Origin: Acidobacteriota bacterium
GTDB lineage: Bacteria; Acidobacteriota; UBA6911
Length of the DNA: 64,000 nt
Reading direction: 5' to 3'
Assembly (NCBI GenBank): GCA_963664705.1
Contig: OY761556.1
Location: 1,088,001 to 1,152,000 of the forward strand
Below, piece after piece: positions 51,834-61,037 of the stretch (the first letter of the stretch is position 1; the number at the start of each line of letters is the position of its first letter). The notes beneath the pieces are model-generated. The model was given only the letters and a program-made list of their open reading frames with translations, was not told the DNA's origin and did not search any database. A program made the position numbers and the translations under genes.

Positions 51834-52739
51834 TTATTTTGCCGTTGGAGTTGCGCCGTGGACTCTCTCGATTTGTCTCCGGGCACCCAGCAATGCATCG
51901 ATGCGGGCTTGTCCGACTTCCAGGAACTTGCCGACCACGATGGAATGGGCATCGGCGGGCAGCTTTCTATAATCGATGTCGGTAAGGAACTTCCCGACCG
52001 TGCTTCGTATCACCTTTTGCTTGTCTCGCTCTCCGGCAAAGCACACAACGGCAACCGGAGTATTCGCGGGATAATGTCGCCTGAGTTGCTCAAAAAGCCG
52101 TGGATAGTTCAGCCCCATGGTGTAAATCATCATGCTTGTTTGCGTTGCCATCAGCTTTTCGTTTAAGTCTTTCCGACCGGGGAAATCGTCCATTGTCACG
52201 ATGACTGAATTTGTGTCATACCCAAATACCGGACTCATCTTGACGGCTGCCGTGACGGAATTGAAAGCTCCAATTCCAGGGATGATCTCTGAGGGGAAGT
52301 CCCGCGGAAGCATTTCGAGATAAAATGTGGTGCCGTACACCAGGGCATCGCCACCCTCCAATGCAGCCACAATTTTTCCGGCTTCCACCGCCTTTAGGAT
52401 TCTCTCAACGGCTTCCTTCCGGTGCTTGGCATTGCTTGTCACAATGGCCCGGATGTCGGGATCTTCAACCTTTTGGGGATCCAGTCCATACCCCACACGT
52501 GCGCCATGCGGGCAGTAGATTACTTCCTTGTTCCCAATAAACTCTTTCCAGTAATCCTTTTCCGAGGGCTGTTCCAGCAGGATGATATCCGCGCTTTTGA
52601 TGGCTTCCACTCCGCGAATCGTAATAAGGTCCGGGGCCGTCCCCATTCCTACAATGTAAAATTTGCCTTGTGCCGCCCAGGTGGTCTGCAGACTCAGGAG
52701 AATGATGAAAAGGCCGACATACTTCGGTAACAGATGCAT
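51834..52739 (-). CDS. Tetrapyrrole (corrin/porphyrin) methylase family protein with apparent signal peptide
   Basis: FYIVGMGTAPDLITIRG, LEGGDALVYG, EIIPGIGAF, YPANTPVAVV (CobM/CbiF-like). Confidence 0.85.
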   Translation of the reverse strand: MHLLPKYVGLFIILLSLQTTWAAQGKFYIVGMGTAPDLITIRGVEAIKSADIILLEQPSEKDYWKEFIGNKEVIYCPHGARVGYGLDPQKVEDPDIRAIVTSNAKHRKEAVERILKAVEAGKIVAALEGGDALVYGTTFYLEMLPRDFPSEIIPGIGAFNSVTAAVKMSPVFGYDTNSVIVTMDDFPGRKDLNEKLMATQTSMMIYTMGLNYPRLFEQLRRHYPANTPVAVVCFAGERDKQKVIRSTVGKFLTDIDYRKLPADAHSIVVGKFLEVGQARIDALLGARRQIERVHGATPTAK

Positions 52740-52996
52740 GGTTTTGATCCTTTCACTTTAGTGGATATGCGCGTGGGTTGATTTGAAAGGTAATAATAAA
52801 CAGACAGTGGTGCGTAAAGTATACACATTGCGATGTGTGTTATACACGACTAGTGAAAGTGATACAAGACTTATGACGGGTTGGGCTCGAAGAGGAGGCT
52901 GTGCGGGAGGGAGCAGGGCAAGCAGGAAGTCAGATGCAGACGGCTCTTTTGGGCCGCAGCGAACGCAGTGGTTGGCGGCGGAATACGGATCGAAAC

Positions 52997-54118
52997 TCAG
53001 ACAAGCCGGTTGCCGGCGATCTTGGTGTCGTAGCCGCCCATTCCCTCGAGTTCCCGTCGAAACGCGCTGCGGCCAAGGGTGTCCAGTAGAACCTGTACCG
53101 CGGGATGGGTCAGGTTTTCGTGCTGGACGACCAGATCGTAGCGCTCGCTTTCCAGTGGAATGAAATCGAGCCCGAATACACATGCGGCTGTTTTTGTTGC
53201 CAGGCAACAATCGGCATCGCCATTCTTCACTTTCCAGGCTGCGGGAAGGTGACCGGGGGCTATATCCTCATACCCCTTTACGGCCTTGGGGACGATACCG
53301 GCGCGGCGCAGGTGCATATCGAGAAGGTTGCGGCTGCCCGATCCGGGCTCACGATTAACCAGTACCACATTCCTGCGAGTCAGGTCATCAATTCCTCTGA
53401 TTCCCTTGGGATTGCCGCGTGCGATAACGATGCCCTGTTCCCAGATGGCATAGGAAACAACCGCCACGGTATCTTTGGGGAACTGTTTCCGGATAGCCGG
53501 GAGATTGGATTCCCCGGTGGCTTCGTCCCGCAGGTGTGAGCCGGCTACATGAACCATGGAGTGCTTCAGCAGATCCAGAGATTGCGAACTGTTGCGGTAG
53601 GCGACGACCGCTTCAACTCCTTCGCGCTGAAGATGACGCAGAAGAACCGAGATGCCGGGGTCGCAACCGGCGATCAGCAGCCTTTTTCTGAACTGTTTTT
53701 CTTCATTCTGAAAAAGCTGCACGCTGGCCTGACCCGGCTTTTTCCCCGATCCGATCAAGACTCCATCAGCCGGAGGGAGGCTCCAGGCAATTGGAGAAGG
53801 AAGGACGGCAACGAGCCTGTCATCGACTTCACAGAGTTGCACCGGCAGCCCCGGCTGAGCTTCCTGCCCGGTCGGGAGGAGATCCGCTGTTTGCATGCCG
53901 GCGGGTGCCTCCGGATCCTCCAGCCGGAACAGGTCTTCCACCTTAACTTCGAGAAGTTGCGCCAATTTGAGTGCCAGGAGAGTATTCGGGACGTAGGTTC
54001 CCGTTTCCATTGCATAGATCGTCTGACGGCTTACCCCAATCTTTTTTGCCATTTCGATTGCAGTTAGACCGCGTTTGGCCCTGAATTGCGCAAGGAAGTT
54101 CTGAACAGCCATTGTCAC
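52997..54118 (-). CDS. XRE-HTH plus PBP-domain molybdate-responsive regulator
   Basis: IGVSRQTIYAMETG HTH; GCDP, HVAGSH, VNREPGSGSR, ERYDLV; divergent from modABC. Confidence 0.88.
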   Translation of the reverse strand: MTMAVQNFLAQFRAKRGLTAIEMAKKIGVSRQTIYAMETGTYVPNTLLALKLAQLLEVKVEDLFRLEDPEAPAGMQTADLLPTGQEAQPGLPVQLCEVDDRLVAVLPSPIAWSLPPADGVLIGSGKKPGQASVQLFQNEEKQFRKRLLIAGCDPGISVLLRHLQREGVEAVVAYRNSSQSLDLLKHSMVHVAGSHLRDEATGESNLPAIRKQFPKDTVAVVSYAIWEQGIVIARGNPKGIRGIDDLTRRNVVLVNREPGSGSRNLLDMHLRRAGIVPKAVKGYEDIAPGHLPAAWKVKNGDADCCLATKTAACVFGLDFIPLESERYDLVVQHENLTHPAVQVLLDTLGRSAFRRELEGMGGYDTKIAGNRLV

Positions 54119-54320
54119 CCCATTTGCCGTGCATTTATAAATAACTTCAACAGCCCTTTAAGGTCATGTTATCACGACAATTGCGGGCTCGCCAGCCTGG
54201 GTTGCATAAAGCGAAGAGCGGAACAGCCTAAAACTGACGTCCGGTTACAATAAACGTTTACACTGTCCTCTTAGCATGACAATATATTCAGGATTTGGAT
54301 CTGGGGACTGGAGGCTCAGG

Positions 54321-55100
54321 ATGTTTCGGCGCTGCATGGTGGTCTCTGCGATACTTGTTCTCACGGTTCTTTTTCTGGCCATGAATATTCCTTCCGCCCC
54401 AAAGGAGAGGGAAATCCTGGTTTCCGCGGCGATCAGCCTTAAAGAGGCCTTTATCGAGATTGCTTCCCTTTACGAACAACAGACAGGGGACCGGGTGCGC
54501 TTTAACTTCGGGGCTTCCGGATTGCTGCAGAAACAGGTGGAAAGTGGAGCGCCCGTGGATGTGTTTGCCAGTGCCGGCGAAAAACAGATGGATGAGCTGC
54601 AGGCCCGGGATTTGATTATTCGTGAAAGCCGGCGCGATTTTACCGGCAACACGCTTGTGCTGATCAAGCCCGCTTCCTCGAGGGTAATCCTCCAATCCTG
54701 GGCAGATCTCTCGCGGACAGAAGTCGGACGGGTTGCAATTGGCAGTCCCAAAACGGTGCCAGCCGGGCAGTATGCAGCGGAAGCGTTGAGGAATTTGCGG
54801 CTTTGGGAATCCATTCAGCCTCGGCTGGTTTTTGCGGAAAACGTGCGCCAGGTGCTCGATTATGTTGTCCGAGGCGAGGTTGATGCGGGGATGGTTTATG
54901 AATCGGACATGGCGGGTGCGTCCGGTGGGGTTGTCATTGCTGCCCGGGCGCCGCAAGGTTCGTATTCACCGATCCGCTATCCCATCGCGGTGGTAAGACA
55001 AAGTGAAAAGGTAAACGACTCTCGGCGTTTTATCGACATAGTCCTCAGCCGCGCCGGCCAAAATATTCTAAAAAAATACGGTTTTCCTGGCTCCCGGTAA
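54321..55100 (+). CDS. modA: Molybdate ABC transporter substrate-binding protein
   Basis: SAAISL, FGASGLLQKQ, DVFASA, VPAGQY, ENVRQVL. Confidence 0.93.
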   Translation: MFRRCMVVSAILVLTVLFLAMNIPSAPKEREILVSAAISLKEAFIEIASLYEQQTGDRVRFNFGASGLLQKQVESGAPVDVFASAGEKQMDELQARDLIIRESRRDFTGNTLVLIKPASSRVILQSWADLSRTEVGRVAIGSPKTVPAGQYAAEALRNLRLWESIQPRLVFAENVRQVLDYVVRGEVDAGMVYESDMAGASGGVVIAARAPQGSYSPIRYPIAVVRQSEKVNDSRRFIDIVLSRAGQNILKKYGFPGSR

Positions 55101-55103
55101 TTC

Positions 55104-55766
55104 ATGATCTGGCCCGCACTCAAACTTTCACTGCTGGTAGTCAGCTTGGCCACCCTGGTGATTAGTGTGGCTGGCACTGCCCTGGGCTTTTTATTCGCAA
55201 AACGGTCTTTTCGCGGCAAGGATCTATTGGATGCCGTTCTCACCCTGCCCATGGTTTTGCCTCCGACCGTGACCGGCTACTACCTAATTCTACTGCTGGG
55301 AAGGAGGGGCTTGCTGGGGAAACCTTTATACCACCTGACAGGGTGGAGCATAAGCTTTACCTGGATTGCCGCCGTCATTGCGACCACCGTGGTCGCGCTT
55401 CCACTGATGATCAAGTCAGCCCGGGCAGCCATAGAAAGCGTGAACCCAGACTTTGAAGTGGCCTCCTTCCTTATGGGCAAGAGCGAATTTGAAACATTTT
55501 TTCGGATTACGCTTCCCCTGGCGAGTCGCGGAATTCTCGCCGGCGTCGTTTTAAGCTTTGCCCGGGCTTTTGGCGAATTTGGCGCAACTCTGATGCTTGC
55601 GGGCAATATTCCTGGCAGAACCCAAACCATGCCTTTGGCCATTTACGAGGCGGTCGTGGCCGGGGAGGATGCACAGGCTAAATGGATGGCGCTGATTCTG
55701 ACCGGCATTTCGATTTCTGTGGTTTATGCAACAAACAGACTGTCTCGTCCAAAGGGGAGAGTCTAG
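55104..55766 (+). CDS. modB: Molybdate ABC transporter permease
   Basis: LPMVLPPTVTGY, FARAFGEFGAT, NIPGRTQTMP. Confidence 0.95.
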   Translation: MIWPALKLSLLVVSLATLVISVAGTALGFLFAKRSFRGKDLLDAVLTLPMVLPPTVTGYYLILLLGRRGLLGKPLYHLTGWSISFTWIAAVIATTVVALPLMIKSARAAIESVNPDFEVASFLMGKSEFETFFRITLPLASRGILAGVVLSFARAFGEFGATLMLAGNIPGRTQTMPLAIYEAVVAGEDAQAKWMALILTGISISVVYATNRLSRPKGRV

Positions 55767-55770
55767 CCCT

Positions 55771-56856
55771 ATGCTGGATGCCCGGATAATAAAACAGCTT
55801 GGTGCGAACCATGCGCACGCATTGACTGTGGATGTGACCCTGTGCCTTCCGCGGGGAGTATCGGTTCTATTTGGGTCATCGGGCGCAGGGAAGACGAGCA
55901 TTCTTCGCGCGATCGCAGGGATAATTGTGCCGGATGAAGGGCGAATCTCGCTCGGCGACAGGATATTTTTCGATTCAGCCGCCGGCATTAATATGCCGAT
56001 GCAGCAGCGAAAAATCGGCTACGTATTTCAGCATCACACCCTTTTCCCTCACATGACGGCGGAACAGAACGCACTCTACGGAATCGATGCGAATTTCCGG
56101 CTTTCCGCCCGGGAACGGGTCAGGGAACTCTTTGATGCGCTCGCAATCCCGCATACCCGTGCCCGCTATCCCCATGAACTGTCCGGCGGAGAACAACAGC
56201 GAGTTGCTTTGGCGCGGGCATTGGCCTCAGATCCCGACATAATGCTGTTGGATGAGCCATTATCTGCCGTTGATGTTGCCACCCGTACGCGCCTGCTTGA
56301 GGCAATAGCCTCCATTCAACAGAAATCCGGGATTCCCTTCCTGTATGTGACCCACAACCCCAGCGAGGCGGTAAGACTGGGAAGCAACATGCTGGTTATC
56401 GATGGAGGCAAAGTTGTCCAGGAAGGGTCGCCGCTCGAGATTTTCAACGCTCCCAGGACCGCGCCGGTTGCCAGCGTCGTCGGTACCGAAAATGTTTTTG
56501 TGGGCAAAATCCTGCACCATCAGACGGAGGGTGGGATTACCATGATCGAGGCCGGAACCTGTCAAATTGAGCTCCCGTACAATGGCATGCCGGTCGGTAC
56601 GCGAGTAACTGTCGGTGTTCGCTCCGAGGATATCATTATATCGCGGGAGCACCTTACCCAGACCAGTGCCCGGAATGTGCTGCTGGGAAAAATCAGGAGT
56701 ATCCTCACCAATGTGGATAGCGCCGAAATTGTTGCCGACTGCGGCATTGATTTTAAAGTAAGCGTGACGAAAGCAGCCGTGCAGAAACTGAATTTGAACG
56801 AAGGCACCGAGATATACCTTTTGATTAAGGCCAGGGCCCTTCACGTGCTCGCCTGA
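55771..56856 (+). CDS. modC: Molybdate ABC transporter ATP-binding protein with TOBE domains
   Basis: GSSGAGKT, LSGGEQQR, LLDEP, TSARN...IKA TOBE tail. Confidence 0.93.
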   Translation: MLDARIIKQLGANHAHALTVDVTLCLPRGVSVLFGSSGAGKTSILRAIAGIIVPDEGRISLGDRIFFDSAAGINMPMQQRKIGYVFQHHTLFPHMTAEQNALYGIDANFRLSARERVRELFDALAIPHTRARYPHELSGGEQQRVALARALASDPDIMLLDEPLSAVDVATRTRLLEAIASIQQKSGIPFLYVTHNPSEAVRLGSNMLVIDGGKVVQEGSPLEIFNAPRTAPVASVVGTENVFVGKILHHQTEGGITMIEAGTCQIELPYNGMPVGTRVTVGVRSEDIIISREHLTQTSARNVLLGKIRSILTNVDSAEIVADCGIDFKVSVTKAAVQKLNLNEGTEIYLLIKARALHVLA

Positions 56857-56884
56857 GCTTTCCAACCCGCGGTAAATAAATTAT

Positions 56885-56923
56885 TATCTTGTTATACAAG
56901 TCAATGTCTTGTATAACAAGATA
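56885..56923. promoter_or_regulatory. Perfect 16-bp AT-rich inverted repeat; two GntR-like quasi-palindromic boxes
   Basis: TATCTTGTTATACAAG-tcaatgt-CTTGTATAACAAGATA. Confidence 0.6.
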
Positions 56924-57234
56924 GTTATTTGAAGCTACCCCCAGTATTTACACCTGTCTCGTATGTTGGCGGCAGATATCATTCATCGTACCTGCCGCCT
57001 TGACTCGCTTGAGACAATCCAATCCACTCTTACTTCATCTTGTCCGTGCGTGATACGCGCAAGGCTCTCTTCAAAATGCAGGAATTCTCACAAGCTTGAT
57101 ATTGCAGAACTCGCGCAAGCCTTCTTTCTTTCTGTTCCCGCACAGCATTTGGCCGTACAATCCAAGGTTTGCGAAATGCTGCGGAGAGCACGCAAACGGA
57201 TCAAGCATTACAGGAGTTTTTTGCAGAGGGGACA

Positions 57235-58182
57235 ATGATGACATCCCGGTCGGGCACTGACAGGGTGGTTCCAGGTTTGGCTCTGGACCAGTATCGTCAA
57301 CAGATCAGGCTGGACGAACTCTGTCAAAATGAATCCGGAAGCCTGCTGTCCGACGCGGAAAAGGCCGCTATTGTTGCCCGCCTGCTCGACCGATTGATCA
57401 GAGGCGAGCATTTGACCGATATCGGAAAACTTCCGGCGGACTATGAACGCCGGCGGCTGCTGCTGCGGGCATTGCTGAATGTCCGCCCCCCGCGACCTCT
57501 CGATAGCGGCTTTGTCGGGGACCTGGATCGGTTATTGCAGGATGAGACAAACCGCAGTGGGATTGTGGACAGCGGCACTCTGCCCTTTGTCTCGGATATT
57601 CTGTCGCCGCACAACCCGGCTAAAATGGATCGGCTTGTTTTGTGGAAGGGAGATATTTCGCGGTTGCGAGTTGATGCAATCGTCAATGCCGCCAACGATC
57701 AGCTGCTGGGCTGCTTTCAACCATTGCACAACTGCATTGATAACATTATCCAAAGTGCCGCCGGCCCCATTCTTCGTCAGGACTGTCAAACGATCATGGA
57801 AATCCAGCGACATCGGGAGCGGACCGGCGATGCCAAAATTACCCGTGCCTACAACCTCCCTTCGAAATTCGTTCTGCATACGGTAGGTCCTATCATCGGC
57901 ATCGAGGGGGTGAGTGATTTTCAGCGACTTCAGTTAGCCTCCTGCTATCGCAGTTGCCTTGCCGTGGCGGATCAGCTGCCCGGTATCAGGTCCATTGCAT
58001 TTCCCTGCATATCCACAGGCGTTTTCAATTTTCCCAGGGAAATGGCCACGGGGATTGCCATTCAGGCCGTGAGCGAATGGCTTGACGGCAATCGGCATCA
58101 TTTTGAACGTGTGATTTTTAATGTGTATCTTCAGGAGGATTTGGATGGGTATACCCAGGCCTTCCAGCGCAGAAACGATTGA
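57235..58182 (+). CDS. Zn-loop macrodomain protein-ADP-ribose hydrolase
   Basis: LRALLNVRPP, WKGDI, VNAAN, GCFQPLHNCID (CxxxxHxC Zn loop), HTVGP, PCISTGVFNFP. Confidence 0.92.
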   Translation: MMTSRSGTDRVVPGLALDQYRQQIRLDELCQNESGSLLSDAEKAAIVARLLDRLIRGEHLTDIGKLPADYERRRLLLRALLNVRPPRPLDSGFVGDLDRLLQDETNRSGIVDSGTLPFVSDILSPHNPAKMDRLVLWKGDISRLRVDAIVNAANDQLLGCFQPLHNCIDNIIQSAAGPILRQDCQTIMEIQRHRERTGDAKITRAYNLPSKFVLHTVGPIIGIEGVSDFQRLQLASCYRSCLAVADQLPGIRSIAFPCISTGVFNFPREMATGIAIQAVSEWLDGNRHHFERVIFNVYLQEDLDGYTQAFQRRND

Positions 58183-59038
58183 AGACATTGCCCGGGCGAT
58201 TCGCGGGAGTGAGCGCGTGCTCATTGGCGCCGGCGCAGGACTGTCGGCTGCCGCCGGCATCGATTATACCGATACCGTTGCCTTCGCCAGGGTTTTTCCT
58301 CAATGGGCCGAAAGAGGGCATCGCATGCAGTATGAATTCGTCGGAGTCCATGACTGGTCGGAACCGGCGAAATGGGCCTACTGGGCAACTCACCTCAATT
58401 ATGTTTTTTATCAATTTCCACCAAGCCCGCTCTATCGCAAGCTACATGCTATTATCCAGGATAAAGATTTTTATGTCATAACCTCCAACGCCGATGGATT
58501 ATTTATAAAGAGTGGGTTTGAGCCGGATCGGGTATTCCAGGCTCAGGGCAATTATGAGCGTTTACGGTGCACCATGTCCTGCACATCGCAGACCTGGGAT
58601 ACCAAGCCTTTTATCGATCGCATTCTTCCGCATATCGATTATGAAACCCTGCAGGTGGCAGATCCCGCGGTTCTGCCCACCTGTCCCCATTGCGGGGCCC
58701 CCTTGTTTGTAGCCTTCCGGGGGAGAGAGGAATATGCGCAACAGGCTGCGAATTATCAGCGCTGGCTGAGGGAAACGCTGGACAAAAAACTGGTGGTGAT
58801 GGAGATCGGCGTTGGATTCAATACCCCCGGCGTGATCCGCTGGCCCTTTGAGCGGCTGGTGAATATCCACGGGGATGTCTCGTTTATTCGAATCAATGGG
58901 GATTATCGAGACTTCGCCAATACGGCCCGGCCTGAAATTCCAAATGAGATCAAAGCCAAATCAATATCTGTAAATGCCGATGCCGGGGAAGTTATCGAAT
59001 CCGTGTATCGCCGGCTGAAGGGCGAGACTTCCTGTTGA
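58145..59038 (+). CDS. Class M sirtuin (SirTM-like ADP-ribosyltransferase)
   Basis: IGAGAGLSAAAG, TSNADG, QG in place of the catalytic HG, CxxxC...CPHC, GVGFNTP..IRWPFE; AGGAGGA RBS inside the macrodomain gene. Confidence 0.88.
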   Translation: MGIPRPSSAETIEDIARAIRGSERVLIGAGAGLSAAAGIDYTDTVAFARVFPQWAERGHRMQYEFVGVHDWSEPAKWAYWATHLNYVFYQFPPSPLYRKLHAIIQDKDFYVITSNADGLFIKSGFEPDRVFQAQGNYERLRCTMSCTSQTWDTKPFIDRILPHIDYETLQVADPAVLPTCPHCGAPLFVAFRGREEYAQQAANYQRWLRETLDKKLVVMEIGVGFNTPGVIRWPFERLVNIHGDVSFIRINGDYRDFANTARPEIPNEIKAKSISVNADAGEVIESVYRRLKGETSC

Positions 59039-59145
59039 GATAATCCCCAAAGCCGGCTCTCCCGGTAAATTCATGCTTAAACAATAATGGCAGCAGGGGC
59101 GATCCGACCTCGCTGTCGTTAGGTCGGGCAGGTTGTTGGCGACTC

Positions 59146-60669
59146 TCAGGCCACGCCGACAGCCTCCAATTCACGCGCAAGCATGGATCCCAATCCCAGT
59201 ATGGAATCGACGCGGCCGCGGACCTGCCTCAGCAACGGCAAATCCTTGATCAGATCTTGTCCGTGAGAAGGGACCGCTTTTTTCAAGTTTGCTTGAAATT
59301 GCGCTTCCTTTGCCCGGTCCGGGAAGCAGCGAAGCACTACTGCAAGCATGGTATCCACAGCGGTGGATGCCCCCGGCGATGCGCCCAGCAGAGCAGCCAG
59401 CGAACCATCGGCGGATGTGACCAGTTCGGTGCCGAATTCCAGTGTTCCGATCCGCTTCGGGTCCCGCTTGATAATCTGCACTCTTTGACCGGCTATGGCC
59501 AATTCCCAATCCGCTCCTTCCACACCCGGCAAATAGTCCTTAAGAGACTCGATCCGTTGCGACTGCGACTGTAGGGCCTGGCGGATCAGATAGCTGTGCA
59601 AATCCAAGTTATTCATGGCCACGGCCAGCATGGGGCCCAGGTTGTGTGGCCGAAGCGACTTGAATAGATCCAGGTTGGAGCCCTGTTTCAGGTATTTTGT
59701 CGTGAAACCGGCAAACGGCCCAAACAGCAGAGCCTTGCTTCCTTTCCAATAGCGAGTATCCAGGTGAGGCACCGACATGGGAGGAGCTCCGAGCGCAGCC
59801 TTCCCGTAGACTTTCGCTGCGTGCCTGGCGATAACCGCTTCGTTCTTGCAGACCAGCCACTGGCCGCTGACGGGGAAGCCTCCATAGCCACGGGCTTCCG
59901 GGATCCCGGATTTCTGCAGCAATGGCAGCGTTCCTCCCCCAGCGCCAAGAAATACGAATTCAGCTTTGGCTTCGATCTCCTCGCCGGTCACTACATCTTT
60001 TACCTGCAGCCGCCAACTGCCCTCGGGATCCCGCTCCAGGCCATGGACTTCATGATTGAGCAGAATTTCCAGTCCGGCGTGATGGTGTAAGCCGCCCAAT
60101 AGGGCTTTGGTCAGTTCGCCGAAATCGATATCGGTTCCCCGGTTGACGCGGGTTGCGGCCAGGATCTCGTCTTTGCGTCTGCCTTCCATTACCAGCGGCA
60201 TCCATTCGAGCAGGCGCCGCGAATCATCGCTGAATTCCATGCCGCCGAACATGGGGTGCGCCCCAAGCCGTTCATATCGGGTATGCAGGAAATCGTGGCT
60301 CTCGGCTCCCCAGACAAAGGAGATTTGCGGTACCGGGTTGAGGAAGAGCCGTGGATCCGTCAGATCTCCCAGTTCGACCAGCCTGGACCAAAACTGCAGC
60401 GAGACCTCAAAGGCTGCATTTATTTTCAGCGCTTTTTTGATATCGACGCTTCCATCGGGTTCCTGCGGGGTGTAGTTCAATTCGCAGTTGCCGGCGTGTC
60501 CGGTTCCCGCATTGTTCATGGATTGGCTGCTCTCAAAGGCAATGCTCTGCAATCGCTCGAAAACGGTAATGGTCAGATCGGGCATCAGCATCTTCATCAG
60601 GCTGCCCAGTGTAGCGCTCATGATTCCGCCGCCAACCAATGCCACATTGCTACGCAGATGCTTGCTCAT
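59146..60669 (-). CDS. mqo: Malate:quinone oxidoreductase
   Basis: GGGIMSATL, NNAGTGHA..CELNYT, GAPPMSVPHLDTR, AGQRVQIIK, LLGASPGAS. Confidence 0.96.
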   Translation of the reverse strand: MSKHLRSNVALVGGGIMSATLGSLMKMLMPDLTITVFERLQSIAFESSQSMNNAGTGHAGNCELNYTPQEPDGSVDIKKALKINAAFEVSLQFWSRLVELGDLTDPRLFLNPVPQISFVWGAESHDFLHTRYERLGAHPMFGGMEFSDDSRRLLEWMPLVMEGRRKDEILAATRVNRGTDIDFGELTKALLGGLHHHAGLEILLNHEVHGLERDPEGSWRLQVKDVVTGEEIEAKAEFVFLGAGGGTLPLLQKSGIPEARGYGGFPVSGQWLVCKNEAVIARHAAKVYGKAALGAPPMSVPHLDTRYWKGSKALLFGPFAGFTTKYLKQGSNLDLFKSLRPHNLGPMLAVAMNNLDLHSYLIRQALQSQSQRIESLKDYLPGVEGADWELAIAGQRVQIIKRDPKRIGTLEFGTELVTSADGSLAALLGASPGASTAVDTMLAVVLRCFPDRAKEAQFQANLKKAVPSHGQDLIKDLPLLRQVRGRVDSILGLGSMLARELEAVGVA

Positions 60670-61037
60670 CTCTATCTCTCCAGTGCCAATTGAAGTCCCG
60701 CACTCCCATGAATCCGGACATCAATTATTTAAGTGCCCGGCTGATCGTGGATACCTGCTAATGCATCCATACTAGTATATATAGTATCGGCAGCTGGGAT
60801 TTCCTTGATGTGGATCAAAATTTCCTTTTTTTGCCTTTTGTACCAGAGAAGGGAGGGCTGGAAATTCCCAGGAGGGAGGCCTGGAAATCGAAAGAAGGAT
60901 GGAACGCGGATACCGGCGATAACGGGAGCTGAAAAATACGGCAGTGTGGCGAAGCCCGGGGGCATGGGCCGCCTGTGCCCAATTTGGAGCGATGCCAAGG
61001 CGGCCCATATTGTATCGGCGGTCTTGCTAACAGGACA

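Noticed and set aside
52810-52845. ACACAT-tgcg-ATGTGT palindrome upstream of the tetrapyrrole methylase as a molybdate-regulator site
   Set aside because: The arms are only 6 bp and I found no convincing second copy upstream of modA.
57235-59038. Thoeris or other Sir2 anti-phage system
   Set aside because: The sirtuin is class M with a Zn ribbon and is paired with a Zn-Macro hydrolase; no TIR, HerA or Argonaute partner is present.
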